A stretch of 61,657 bases of DNA, counting the filler, from Dugesia japonica (Eukaryota): the NCBI GenBank assembly GCA_001938525.1. It is 5 parts of 5 records of this genome, joined end to end, with 100 filler letters (N's around TTAATTAATTAA, not from the genome) between each part and the next. Parts side by side here need not be neighbours in the genome. Positions count along the whole stretch, not along the records: positions 20,156 to 43,975 come from MQRL01501599.1; 4 more parts are not named here. The stretch is one strand, 5' to 3'. The notes beneath the pieces were generated by a model, which had not been told where the DNA came from, made no database searches, and was given only the letters and a program-made list of their open reading frames with translations. This document shows positions 24,408 to 38,149 of this stretch, piece after piece (the stretch's first letter is position 1; every line of letters starts with the position of its first letter). A program made the translations under genes and the position numbers.

Positions 24408-24759
24408 TATTATCAATGTTTTATGAACTATGAAATTAAGTAAGAATTTATTTTTTATTTAATAGTAATGTTTTATTAAATGGTGATAATTTTTTTAATG
24501 ATGTTTATTAAATGGTAATGCTTTTCTATAATGGTAATGATAATAACTAGTGCTGTTTTTCAATGATTTAATTTAATGATTTATTTATGTCATGAATTGA
24601 ATTGAATTCTTAACCATTTTATTAGACTTTCTAGCTAAATATTGACCATGATGACTAACCTTTTTTATTTTAACCACATATCGGTTAGATAAAGACAGTT
24701 GTGCTAGTGTACATTTGAGACTGAATGTTAATGGTTGGAAACATTGCTGCCAGATATGT

Positions 24760-25467
24760 AAATAATGTAAACGACCTTATCATAGTTAAAACTATGCAAG
24801 TTAATCGATTAGTTCAATTATGGACAGACTTGTTTGGATGCTAATGATCGTTGCGCTTTGCAACCGATGTTGATGTTCTCCGGGATTTACCCATACCCTG
24901 TTACGTTTCGTATTATCAAATTTTGTCAATTTCTCATCTTCTGTCACAATCTTTTATAAGAAGGACTTTCTACACTTAAAAAGGAACCGTCCAGTTCTCA
25001 TTTGTTTATTTTTGTTGGATTGAGTGAGTTCATGAGGTCCCATTTTCTTTCTTTTAAGATCTGTCTTATTTCATGTAGGTGGTAAGAAACAGTTTGTTGA
25101 GTCAGAATCAATTGTTTTGTAAATTAGTTTGTGTCTGTACCAAATTATCAGAGAGTAGTTGTAACATATTGCTCAATGTTTTAGAAGCACCAGGACGCTG
25201 TTTGTCTTTTACACTGACATCACCGCTTTTAATTCGCTTAAAGCAAAGTGTACACACACGACACTACATCTTTGTTGCATTTTTCCTTGCTGAAATTCAT
25301 ACAGAATACAGTGTCGAATATGTGTCTTATCTGTTTCCATGAAGGACACTGCTGTATTAAAATATTTGAAGTTTCCGCTTGATTGTTTCGTAAATTAAAT
25401 ACCATTTTAATATTTTATTTGGAAATTGATTGTAAATTAGAAGAAAAATTAATTTGTATACCTAATA
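24760..25467 (-). mobile_element. Mariner 5' remnant
   Basis: METDKTHIRHCILYEFQQGKNAT, KSGDVSVKDKQRPG; TIR-like ..AATTTGTATACCTAATA end. Confidence 0.85.
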
Positions 25468-25544
25468 TTTATCAGTGGACCGTATCGCAATTTTGATTAT
25501 TATGATTTTTAAAAAATATTAATACAGATTTAATTATATAAATA

Positions 25545-26200
25545 AAACCATTTAAAATAAAACTTTATTGTTATACATTTCGACTGATCAACCTGATGTC
25601 ATCATCAGACAAAACTGAAAAAATGAATATATTCAGTCTATATTATTTAGACAAAGATTAATGCGATTATACTGAATATAAGATGTTGACTATAATTCTT
25701 AATTTTAAAAATTCAAAATTAATTTAAAATCTAATAATAAATTTTTTTACAATAAAATTTTATTAAAATTACTATTTAAACCAATAAATCAAATACGTTT
25801 TTCATAAATATGTGAAATTTTTTACTTTTAAATTAAATTAAATTTTTTCCCGAAAAATTTGAAAATTATTTTAAAAAATAAAATACAAAACCTAGAAAAT
25901 TTTATAAAAAAACATGAAAATATATCAAAATTTCAAAAGATGAAAACTCTTTTTTATATCTAAAATATTTTAAATTTTTTAATCAATTTAGTCGAAATAA
26001 CTGTCTGTTTATTAATGCTTGGATTATGAAATCTAATCATTAGCGCCTCACACAAAACTCTCTTCCAGTAATTCTTAAATTTCTTAGACCAAATTTCGAA
26101 ATTTGAAATTTCAACATTCATATTACATTTACTTTTATTTTTATTTTTATGCTCAGCAATATTACCACCACCACCAAAGCGATTATTATCTCTGTACAAG
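25545..26200 (-). mobile_element. 5'-truncated Penelope-like element (GIY-YIG C-terminus + pLTR)
   Basis: NIAEHK..NFEIWSK..KRVLCEALMIRFHNPSINKQ; colinear with 17205-17700. Confidence 0.85.
25568..25612 (-). ncRNA. Minimal type I hammerhead ribozyme in the Penelope pLTR
   Basis: TTGT-CTGATGA-T-GAC ATCAGGTTGATCA GTC-GAAA-TGTA-TA^-ACAA. Confidence 0.75.
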
Positions 26201-27064
26201 GGTTCAAGAGCATTATTATTAATATTATCATATGTATTATGTAAATAAAAAATATTAATTTAATTATTTAATATTATAAAATAATAAAAAACAATTCTGT
26301 TTGCATTTTTAATATTTCTAAAATAAAAATTTAGACAACTGTAATCAAAACGTCACAACAAATTTTGATTTGTTTTCTTTTAATTTATTCATGAATTTTA
26401 AAAAAATTTTAATATTCGAATTTCAAGTTCATATTTATGACATTCCTTTCGTAATAATCTTCAACTATAAATCATAAATTATAAATTATAAATTATAAAT
26501 TATAAGTTATTGCACTTATAAAAATATATAAAATCTTGTATCAATACACCAAGGCAAATATTTAAATGTTGGCATTTACAATCCATAAATCATCAGTAAA
26601 TAATGACAGATGATTTTTATCATAATTTTAATAATGAAATTTTCTTGATTCAATCTGTGTACTTTTCGCGCATTCCACGACAGGAACATAGAAATTGAAT
26701 TTTCCAGGGATAGAATTGTGTGAATTTAGAATAAAGTTGCATCACATGAAGTATGACATTTGAGATTGAAATTTCCTCATTTAGTCTTACTGTGAGGTTA
26801 GACTTAAAAAATGTGTGCGATTGAAAAGAGGAATTATGAAACATATTTCATAAAATAATTCGATTCCAAACGACATTTAGATATTTTCAACAATACGTTT
26901 TTTATTGTTAATTAAAATGAGACGAGAAATCAAGCAAAACCTACTTATATTCTATAGTAAAAAATCTATCCAATCTTGAAACCTTCTATACACGAAATAT
27001 CACTCAGTTACTTTAGTTCATTGAAACAAAACAAAAAATAAAATTTTAGTATTAATTTTATTTA

Positions 27065-27066
<2 letters not shown>

Positions 27067-27123
<57 letters not shown>

Positions 27124-27173
27124 NNNNNNNNNNNNNNNNNNNNNNNNNNNNNNNNNNNNNNNNNNNNNNNNNN

Positions 27174-27233
<60 letters not shown>
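27067..27233 (+). repeat. (ATT)n microsatellite spanning a gap
   Basis: Directly visible. Confidence 0.95.
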
Positions 27234-27234
<1 letters not shown>

Positions 27235-27400
27235 TTTATTAATATTCTTTCTTAACATTTTAATTATTTTAAAGTAAAATATTTTTCCAAAAATTAATTT
27301 TGTTTGTTTCATCATATATTTAAATATTTTATAGTTTTATAACAAGTTTACATAATTAGAATACATAAAAAATGTATTTTTCTCATGCTAATGTTTATTT

Positions 27401-27682
27401 CAGTGGTGGGCAAATAGAGGTTCGTCCAGACACTTAAATAAACTTTACCTAAACAAAATTATTTTCTTGACGTGTTCGAAGACAAACCCAAAACCTTTCA
27501 CTATGACAAATACACCTAAAAATATTAGCAAGGCTTATTTGTCGTTTTATAATTTAACATTTAATTCAAACATTTAATATAAAGTTAATTCAATTCGATG
27601 TGTATTATTTTTTATATCCGACTCTTCACTTGTCTCTGAATTCACAATGTTGCCCTCAACCCAAAACAATTGCCCACCCTTG
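27401..27682. mobile_element. hAT-type MITE
   Basis: TIRs CAGTGGTGGGCAA and TTGCCCACCCTTG, with a near-identical 8-bp TSD GTTTATTT/GTATATTT. Confidence 0.7.
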
Positions 27683-30329
27683 GTATATTTAATTAAAATG
27701 TACTATTATCATACGATTATCGTGATATTCATATTATGCTGTGAAACCTAATGTAAATAAAAATAGTTTTGACAGAAATTATTTTCCTCCAAATTTAATT
27801 AATTATCTATCAAAAAAAATTTCAATTAAAATTTCAAAAGATTTATGAATTTGTTGTTTTAATATTTCAAAAAATTTATAAAAATCAATTAAAAAACAAA
27901 TTTCTACAAAATGAATGAAAAATATTTATCAAATTTCTATAAATTCTATAAATCAATCAATTCAAACAAATAATCCAAAGGTCAAGTTTTTTTAAACAAA
28001 AAATACATCAAACTAATTTCAGTTTTTTCAATTTTTGTTTTAATGAAGAAAAAAATTTAATCGGCAGAATTTTTTTGTTTAAAAGCCGATTTTATTGATT
28101 TGACAATTTTGTTTATTTGATTTCGCTGCCAAATCTGAGTAGAAAATTATTTGTCAAATTATTAAAAAAAAATTTTTTTTATAAAATTATCTAATTTATT
28201 CATCAACAAAAGCAGTCATTGGTTAGAGAAAAACAACAAAAAAAACTGAAAGCAGTTCTTTCACTCCTGTAGTTTTACATTCAAAATCATTTAAAATTTA
28301 CATATTATTTATAGGTTTATTGTTTTTTGTTTCAATAGTTTTGTTTAATTATTTATTTCTTGGTTAGTTTCTATAAAAACATGTAAATAATACAACATTA
28401 CGCCATTTGTTACAGAATGTAAATATGTTCGGTAAATATTATTCTATCAGCCGTATCAATGTAAACATTTTTGTATTGATTATAAAGTCTAAAAGCTTTC
28501 AATAAAAGTGCATAGTGTAAACCAGGTCTGCTTAATCCCAATTATCTTGCTGGCCACTTTTGAAAAGCATTATAATCCTGCTGGCAGCATGTATTTATAA
28601 AACCTGTGGATGGATATTTAAAATACAATAAATCAGAATTATTTGTTATTATTATTGAAATTTATCGGCCTTACAATATTTATTACAACACTAAAAACCA
28701 AAATAATGTAAAATTTTAAAGATTCTTTAAAAGTCTGCGAGTTGGTCACCTATAATGCAAATCAAAAAATCTTAAATTTTATTATCTTTTCAGTTATATT
28801 TTCCTAGAATTCATTAAAGAATTCTATTGTCGGAAATTAATTTAAATTAAATAAATTAACATTGTAAGCATATGAAAATTTAAAAATAATTTAAATCAGA
28901 AAAATTATTCGTTTTATAGCTATTTTATTTTTGGTTAAGATATGTTTGAATATTGTTGAATAAATTATGTGTGAAAGTAGTTGTGTTCTTATTATAAATA
29001 AATTGTCACCAGACGATTTTTCTAACAACGAATATCAAATGTGTTTTGTTTTCTATTTTATTAATTTATAAGAATAAAAATATATTTATTGAATTTTTAA
29101 CGTAGTTTTTATATGGAATAATTTTTCAATTTATTTATTTATTTTCCTAAATTGTAACATATTGTTTCCCAACCAGGGTGGTCAAAAGTGAATGTAGAGT
29201 TAGTGGGCGATGGTGAGCGATGGTAGATTAATTTTTATAACTTGTATGCAAACTTTGGTTTTTTCGTTCACAGTTACCTCATTCCACTTTATAAGTAGTT
29301 GGATGCTCACTGCAAAAGTGGTCCCAAAAGCACGATGCGATCCTTCTATGGCATTGTTACGTTCCTATTTACCAGTGTGTTACATTTCAATGTTGTACTA
29401 AATGAGTAGAATAAAATAACGAATTTGTATCGATGAGTGATTGAGTCAGTGCAATATGCCGAAAAAAATGCTTGGGAAATACAGTTGTAACCCAATTCAG
29501 AATAATCTAATTTAAATTAATTGTTACTGAATTCGAATTTACAGCAGTGAATACATTTATTTGTTAACGATTTATCTGTTATTTGAAAAAATAGAATTTT
29601 TCTTAAATGTTTAATGTATAAATATTTATCCGTCAATAAACTAAGATGGGTAATTCTTTAATTCAATTATTTGAGATGGCTCTCGATTTTTGTAAATGTT
29701 TCAAAACCTTATTTTAAATTCGATCTGTGTAAGATCTAAGGAAATGATACTCCAAGAACCAACAATGAAAACTTGTATATTTCTTTCAGAAAAGATTTCT
29801 CAAATATTCACAACTCTTTCTATAAATTTATTGTAATCATTCACCAAAAACAAGAAAATATCTGAATGAAAAAATTTGGAATTATGCTTGGAATTAATTC
29901 TCATCAAAATATAGAATATCATTTCTATGTTTATGTATGAATGTGTATAATTTACGTTCTAATTACAGTAGAATTACACCTAATTAGGTCACATTTCTTC
30001 ATTCAATATTTCTTAATGAAAATATTAGAAAATATCGAAATTGAATTACTTTTAAATAATTGATTTTAATTTAAAAGTATTTTTAAATTTTTTCCAAAAT
30101 CAAAAAGTGAGTCAATTATCAAAATTATTCTCTTTAAATAAATGAAAATATGTGTGTATTATGTTAACTATGAATCCGGACCGTTATAAAATATTATCTG
30201 TGAAATTATCAACTCATTTCTTGAATCTATCGTCGAACAGTCCACATAAACAAACCACAATATTAGATTGGATAAATATTAAAGTCGTTTTCTATCATAA
30301 ACAAAATTTATTATCAAAACAATAATGCG

Positions 30330-31310
30330 ACAAATAAATCCAAAAGTTATTCTCCATTATTAATAATGAATCTTTGCCATGTGTTCTTCAAAGAATGAAT
30401 TCCGTTTCTATTAAATTCTTCAAGCTCCATTGAAGGAAACAAGTGATAATTTGGACGATATTGCGGATGAGCAAATCTGTCCAGCTTCTTTTATTTGTTT
30501 TGGTGATTTTTGCAATTTTCAGATATGTTTTGGATTCTACATCCACACGATTGAAGTAGACTACACCATTACTATTCCACAACACAAAAAACATGATCTT
30601 CTTAGGAGTTGGTTTTTTGATTTTCGCCGACATCTAACCACTGTATTTGTTGTATTATTGATTAAAATTTTTATTTTGTCATCTGATGTAACAATGGAAT
30701 TAAGAAATCCGCTGTTCTTAACTTTGTGAAGAAGAATTCCGGTATTTGTCTCTCGTATACTTTTGTTATGGTTACTGAATTTTGGAGGGACCCATGTTCC
30801 GCTGCGATGTATTTTGCCAATTGCATGCAAAGGGTTTTCAGTGATATCTTGAGTTTAACCAAATCTTTCTGCAAGTTTTCGTGTAGTTTAGCACGAATTA
30901 AACAGGATGGCTTCCTTTTCTGCTTTATCATTTATAACTTGAAGACGCCATTGATGTTAGTCGTCTTCAAATCTTCCATCACCATTTTGGAAACAGTGAA
31001 ACTAGCACTAGCTTTTACGTATTACTGAGACATCATCTAAATGTGATTCAGTAGCCACTTGGCCGTGTTTGAAGTCATAGAACATACATAGAACTATATT
31101 TTAGATCGCTATTTTCTGAAATAATTATTAATTCAGAAGTCAATCAATTATAAGTAAAATGTATATCAATTTAATTTAAAAAATAAGGCAGCAAAGGTTG
31201 GCGATTTTGGTATTTTGTTAGACTGGTTTGAATTATTCTATACAAGCCATATGAATTAGTATAACTAGAAAAATACAAATAAATGACAAACAAGTTTACC
31301 CATAATTCTA
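30330..31310 (-). mobile_element. Mariner remnant
   Basis: MHAIGKIHRSGTWVPPK..FLNSIVTSDDK, KKIMFFVLWNSNGVVYF. Confidence 0.85.
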
Positions 31311-34300
31311 TATTTATTCTGTTCTGTATTTATTTGTTATTATCTGGGGAATAAACATTTTCATTCCAATTCTTAAATAATGTGAAAATAGCGTTTTATG
31401 GAACAACTTAAAAAATGACAAAAAATCTTAGTTTTAAAATATTACAATATATACTTTACATCTTAAATTATTTTAAAAAAATGTCTAATACCTATACCAT
31501 ATTTATTGCTTTATAAGGTGGTAAGCATTTTAAAATGTAAAAATTTTACTATTGCTAAGACTATTGATTAAGTCATTTTTTTTGTTACATATCAATAAAC
31601 TGTTTACATTGGAAATATTTTATATGAACAAAAATAGTTCTTCAATTTCAATTATGGCGAGAATAATTGTTGGACGTAACCATTGATTGTTTTTCAGAAT
31701 TCATTCAAATAAAAGCTTTGATCAAAATTTTTTTTTTGGTTTTTCTTAAATTATTAATTTTTTTCCAGTTACTATTTTGATAGTCTGAAGAATAAATTCA
31801 TACAGATAAATTTTTGATGATGTGCATATTGATTTTAATATAGGGGAAATTAAATTAAAATTGTTTTAGTTTCAATATTGGAATTTTGAGCGTAGTATAA
31901 AATTGTCAGTTAAAAAAATTTGTAAATTAAAATTTTCATCTGTTATCAATTTGGAAACATATTAAATTGATTAAATTGATAAATAACTTTGTATATGTTA
32001 GGTAAATGTTCAATTGATTTTTTATTTTCAAAATCTCAACTACTATTTTTAGACATAATTTATTTCAATATTAAAACAGATATCTAAATTAAATTAATAT
32101 TCTATTTAATCGCTTTCTATTAGCTGAAATTATTAATTAATAATTATTTTCTTAATGTATGTAGAAAATATGTATTGTAATATAATGTAAAAAATAATTA
32201 ATTTACTAAATTTTGTAAATGATAGTAGCAGAATAAATTGTGTAAATCTATTGCCTATTTTATTTATTTTTATTTCTCTTTTGATAGTTATCCGGATTTT
32301 TGACTGTTTTCTTCTTCTGGTAACAAACAACATTCTGATCAAAGCTATTAATTTAATGATATTAATTTAATAATATTTTTAAAATTATTTATTAAATATG
32401 GAATTCTAATTGACTCCAAAATTTAAAAAAATTAAAAAAAGATCCCTATTTTAAAATCTTTATAAAAATAATACGAAATATTTATGATATAAACTAAATT
32501 AAAAAGTAAAACTATCAATAAGTCGAACAATGAAAAAAAGAAAAATATAAAATAAAATTGCTTATTAATTTTTTTTAATTGAATTTAATTCAAATTTAGA
32601 TTTAATTTAATTTTAATTAATTAAAATTATTAACAAACAAAATTAGTTAATAATTTCAATTTGGAAAGAATCTATCTTTGAATTTGTTGAATAAATTAGG
32701 TGTGTTAATAGTAGAGTTCTTATTGAAAATAAATTGTTTTCAGACTATTTATCCAACATAATAAATGTACATGAAAGTGCAGAAAATATTCAAAGGAATT
32801 CTTTTTCTTTACATAAAAATATTAATCCACATTTATATTTTTGATTAATACATACAGCTCAATTTAGCTTTCCTATTGTTAATGTTTTTTACTGGTCCCG
32901 GCTATTTTAACACACATCCGAGATATCCAAGGAATGGCAGTGTGTACATTTTTTTATCTATATAAGTTCTATTAAAAAATATTTATTATGTGCAATTCTG
33001 AAACAGTTTTAAGCTCTAGCACAGACAAACTAATTTCTGTTTTTAGAATTAATGACGGTTAGTTCCATTTTAAAATAATTGAAAATTTTCATGTAACTCT
33101 ACCAACAACTATTATTCGCAGTCATTAATCGAATATAATTCTCAAAATAAAAATTCATTTTTTTCTGTTTTACTAAAATTTTAAATAATTCGATATCTTC
33201 TTAAAAATCGACGATTAAAGTATTGAACAATCTAGAAAAATATAAAAAAAACAATTGTGATTTTTGCATTTGGCAACGATGTGAGAGCACTGTTGGTTGA
33301 GTTTGGAAGACTCAACGCATCATTAATATCAAAATTTGAATTCATTACAACACTTTATTAAATAAACAAATCAAAATCCCGTGTTTTCATTGGTGATCAT
33401 TTTTCAAAATCTAAAACTGTAATTTATTTATTTAAAATTTAAATTTAATTTATTTCAAACATTTTATTTATTTATTTAGAATTTAAGGCAATTTCTTTCA
33501 CCTTGAAAATTTTATTTATAAGAATTAACTTTATTATCCAATCATCATTTTTGAATTTTTTAAATTGAACTTAATTTATTTAACATAATTTTAATTTAAT
33601 TTATTTCCAACAAATTTATTTATTTATTTAAAATTAAAATAAATTTCCGTTTACTGAAAAGTTTTAATTTATCATTTAAAATAAATTTTTGTTAATTTAA
33701 TTCTTCATCAAAACTTTAAATCTTTCTTTTAAAACAAAAAAATTTTAAAAATATGATCACCAATCACACAAAAAATTTAACTTGCTTTTTTAACACACTT
33801 AAAAGCACAAAAAAACATTTAAAAAAAAATATTAATTGAATAATATTTAATTTGAATTAATTTATTAAGTCATAAAGTCTTAAAGTTGTGTAGATTGTTA
33901 ATAGAATATAAAAGACAGAAATACTTAAATAAGAAGCTGAAATAAATAAAAAATTATTTTAAAATTATCGAAATAAAATGATGGACCATAATATTAAAAA
34001 CTTATAACATAATATTGAAATAATGAGGACTATAATAATGAAAACCACTGTAATAAAAACAGATCAATTGTTAGGTAATTCTACAATTGGTAAATCATTT
34101 TCAAAATCACAACTATTTTTAGACATAATTTATTTGAATTCAAACAGCTATCTCAATTATATAATTATATTAGAAAAGAACCACTAAAATATTTATCTAT
34201 AATTTAATCGATTTCTATTGGCTGAATTAATTATTAATTTATAATTATTTCCTTATACCAATAATAATAAAATGTATTGAATTATTTCGATGCATTTGAA

Positions 34301-35770
34301 TGTTCTTTTATATTTTGCTCAATATAGCACAATTATGGTTTAATTATGTCGCTTATGAGGCATCATCTGGATTCCATCAATGTTTTGTATTTTAGCTTTA
34401 TGTTCAATTGGAAGTGTACTTGTAGTGAGTAAGCTGTTTCCTGTATTGTAGTAATTATTGTTAGAAATGTTAACTTCTGAAAATTCTTAACCAATAATAA
34501 TTAATTTAAATAAATTATTTTATGGAAATAAAAAACTATCTAGTAAAATACACAAAATAATTCTGATATTTAGTTTAATTCCTCAAAAAAAATATTAATA
34601 TTTCAATCCTTGAAAATTAATATGAAAATGGATCCCTTAATTATTTTGCAATGATTTAAAATTAAACAAATTTATTTGATGCTTCAAAATAGAGAACTTT
34701 CTAAAATTATAGAGGCTATTTAATAGTTTTAAAATCTTTTAATGGAGATTTATTTAATATTGATTTTGTCATTTGCTTTTCTTTTTAACTTAGAAAAGTT
34801 ACATTTATTTTTGATAAAATATTTTCTGCTGGGATTTAATGAAAATAGTTTTAAATGTCAGTAATTAATTTTCCTGCACGAAATCTGATGAAATAAATGC
34901 ATTGTTTAAGGGAAATTAATTTAATTAAACAATAAATTTTATAGGATTAAATTTGATTAAATATTGCATAATAATCTGTAATTGATGAGATCTTTAATAA
35001 ATAACAACAAGATTAATATTTTGTTGATTTTATTGTACATTGTTAGAGGTTTCTTTTTTACCAATCGCATGACCATTAGTGGAGCGATTTGTTTGGTTAA
35101 TTCCGTTAATGAACGAGTCTGACGTTACAGCTAAATAGTACATTTATTTTAAAATATTCAATGCTGACTTCTTAGAAGAATAAATAGCGTTAACAAATTG
35201 AAAAAGAGTAATAGCAGGTCTGTAATGTTCTTATATCTCATGGGCCTCACGCACGATACAATGGCAGTAACAGCGAGTTTAATTCCTAGCTAGAAATGAC
35301 TAGGTAACTTGATTAATGACTATCATGTAAGGAATAGTAGATTGAAATTATTCCACTTGAACGATAAATTTTTAGTAAGTACAAGTCACTTGTTTGTTCT
35401 GATTACGTGCCTGTCTTTTGTACACACTTTGTACATACTTCATACACTCTACTACCGCTACAATAAGAACAATAAACTTTACAATATAAGTAATTTACTG
35501 TTTACAATAAAAACATTATCAATTCTAATTTTAAAAATGACAAAATTCCAAAATCAAGTGGTTATAATACATTCAAACCTTTGGTGTGATTTTTTATGCT
35601 GTCCATCAAAATATTATTCATTTTATTATCACACATAATACATCGCACAAAAACAAGTTTGGTTGTACTTAAATATTCCAATTATCAGAGCGATAGCTTT
35701 TTGAAAAAATAACCGAACACAATATTAAATTTTAATATCACAGATAACTTTACACATTTTAATTTATACT

Positions 35771-35964
35771 TATAAATAATGAGTAGTATATTTTATTTAT
35801 AATTTATAAATAATGAGTAGTATATTTTATTTATAATTTATAAATAATGAGTAGTATATTTTATTTATAATTTATAAATAATGAGTAGTATATTTTATTT
35901 ATAATTTATAAATAATAAGTAGTATATTTCATTTATAATTTATAAATAATGAGTAGTATATTTT
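35771..35964. repeat. 34-bp minisatellite, ~5.7 copies, self-complementary unit
   Basis: TATAAATAATGAGTAGTATATTTTATTTATAATT starts at 35771, 35805, 35839, 35873, 35907 and 35941. Confidence 0.95.
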
Positions 35965-36127
35965 TGAAATTGTTTCTTTATCAATGTTTTTATTTTAAAA
36001 TTATTTATAATTTGTTACTTATGATATATTTATTTAATACTTAATTATAACTATTATAAATTAATATTAATTAATTAATTAATTAATTTATTTATTTATT
36101 TATTTATTTATGTTTTTATTTATTTAG

Positions 36128-36253
36128 ATACACAATAAATATTGAATGGCTCAATAATAAGAAATTTATAAAGCAGTTAGAAAAAGATAATATAGATGTT
36201 GAATTACTAAGAGAGGAGCTGACAAGACAACAGAGAATCAAGAGACATTACAC
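36128..36253 (+). CDS. Host internal coding exon (helical/coiled-coil-like peptide)
   Basis: TTTAG acceptor, 126 nt open frame (YTINIEWLNNKKFIKQLEKDNIDVELLREELTRQQRIKRHY) and GTAAGT donor. Confidence 0.6.
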
Positions 36254-36305
36254 GTAAGTTATTAATATAATTTATATTATTAATTGTTATGTTAATATAA
36301 TTAAT

Positions 36306-36308
<3 letters not shown>

Positions 36309-36365
<57 letters not shown>

Positions 36366-36379
36366 TTAATAATTATAAT
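36309..36379 (+). repeat. (AAT)n microsatellite before a gap; (ATT)n also at 37181-37249
   Basis: Directly visible. Confidence 0.9.
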
Positions 36380-36579
36380 NNNNNNNNNNNNNNNNNNNNN
36401 NNNNNNNNNNNNNNNNNNNNNNNNNNNNNNNNNNNNNNNNNNNNNNNNNNNNNNNNNNNNNNNNNNNNNNNNNNNNNNNNNNNNNNNNNNNNNNNNNNNN
36501 NNNNNNNNNNNNNNNNNNNNNNNNNNNNNNNNNNNNNNNNNNNNNNNNNNNNNNNNNNNNNNNNNNNNNATTATTATTA

Positions 36580-36824
36580 TTTTACAACTGCAATTATTGC
36601 GAGAATAATTGTGGGACATAACCATTGATCGTTTTTTAGAATTCATTTAAAATAAAAGCTTCCAATAAAATTTGATTTTTCGATTTTGAAAATAATTCTA
36701 TATTTCGCATTAATCTTCTTAAAAAGTCAATTCTTGAAGAAAACAAAGTCAAAATATTGAATTATTTTCAAAATCAAAAAAAAGAAATTTTGATTGAAGC
36801 TTTTATTTTAAATGAATTCTAAAA
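36580..36824. mobile_element. Short fold-back element with degenerate hammerhead; family also at ~10495-10562, 24246-24407, 31650-31730, 41220-41420, 44712-44860, 50325-50432
   Basis: Shared GAGAATAATTGT.GGAC.TAACCATTGATCG...GAATTCATT.AAATAAAAGCTT.GATCAAAA blocks, inverted arms, and a decayed HHR at 36728-36764. Confidence 0.7.
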
Positions 36825-37179
36825 TTATTATATCTGTAATAGTATTAATATTCTAAATAATAATAAAATATTATTACTTTTTATTTAAGATGAAATATAC
36901 TAAGATATTTTTATTATTATTATTATTATACTTATGATTATAATTATCTATTGAATCTTGTCATCGCAAAGTGGATCTCAATTCAGATGAAAATGGTAAT
37001 TAAAAATAGAATTATATATGAAGAAATATTTAGATAATTAAGAAAATAATTTGATAGAATATTCTGGAGAATTATTTGTAGTTTTCAATATTTTCCATCA
37101 CCTAATTATATTTTCCGTAAATATTGCCATACGGTTATGTAGGAAATTATCAATCTGCACTTTTGAAAAATTTGGATGT

Positions 37180-37249
<70 letters not shown>

Positions 37250-38149
37250 NNNNNNNNNNNNNNNNNNNNNNNNNNNNNNNNNNNNNNNNNNNNNNNNNNN
37301 NNNNNNNNNNNNNNNNNNNNNNNNNNNNNNNNNNNNNNNNNNNNNNNNNNNNNNNNNNNNNNNNNNNNNNNNNNNNNNNNNNNNNNNNNNNNNNNNNNNN
37401 NNNNNNNNNNNNNNNNNNNNNNNNNNNNNNNNNNNNNNNNNNNNNNNNNNNNNNNNNNNNNNNNNNNNNNNNNNNNNNNNNNNNNNNNNNNNNNNNNNNN
37501 NNNNNNNNNNNNNNNNNNNNNNNNNNNNNNNTTATTATAAAAAGAAAAGTAATAGTAGAAAATAGTGTAATCTTAATGATTAGCTATCGGTCAGCGAGAA
37601 GTAATTTCAAGGAAAATAAATTGAAAATAAATTCCAAAATTTATTGACAACTTTAATAGAGGAAAGCGCAGTGTGAATTTATTTGTCTAAATTAAGTTTC
37701 TTCTAACATTCAACATTGTTTCCGACCGAGCCACTTCATTAAACAATAAATTGTCGATAACAACTAAAATTCTGTGAGAGTTGTTAATTTATTCCATTGA
37801 ATCATTCAGACAATAAGAAATTATTTGAATTCTAATTGATATGGAAAATTATTTTTATCTTTATTTCCAGGACTTTTATAATTTCATTCAACTGATATTA
37901 AGTAATTTAGTTTGTGATAAATAATATTTTACGTAAATATTATGATTTAAATAATATATGTATACAATTTTTATTTTAATGAAATTAATTATAATTATTA
38001 TTATTATTATAATAGTTAATATTGTTAATATCATTACTACTATTATTAATTATTATTATTACTATAATTATTTAGCAACTTTTGCTGAAGTATATATATA
38101 TATATTGTTGTTTCATTAAAATAAAATAAATAATTTTGTGCAGTTAAAT

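Noticed and set aside
35771-35964. CRISPR-like 34-bp periodicity
   Set aside because: Pure tandem repeat with no unique spacers, no cas genes, and a eukaryotic context.
37051-37647. Long poly-L/Y/I/N/X ORFs (also 248-509, 17019-17284, 27121-27315, 36287-36646)
   Set aside because: Translations of microsatellites and N gaps.
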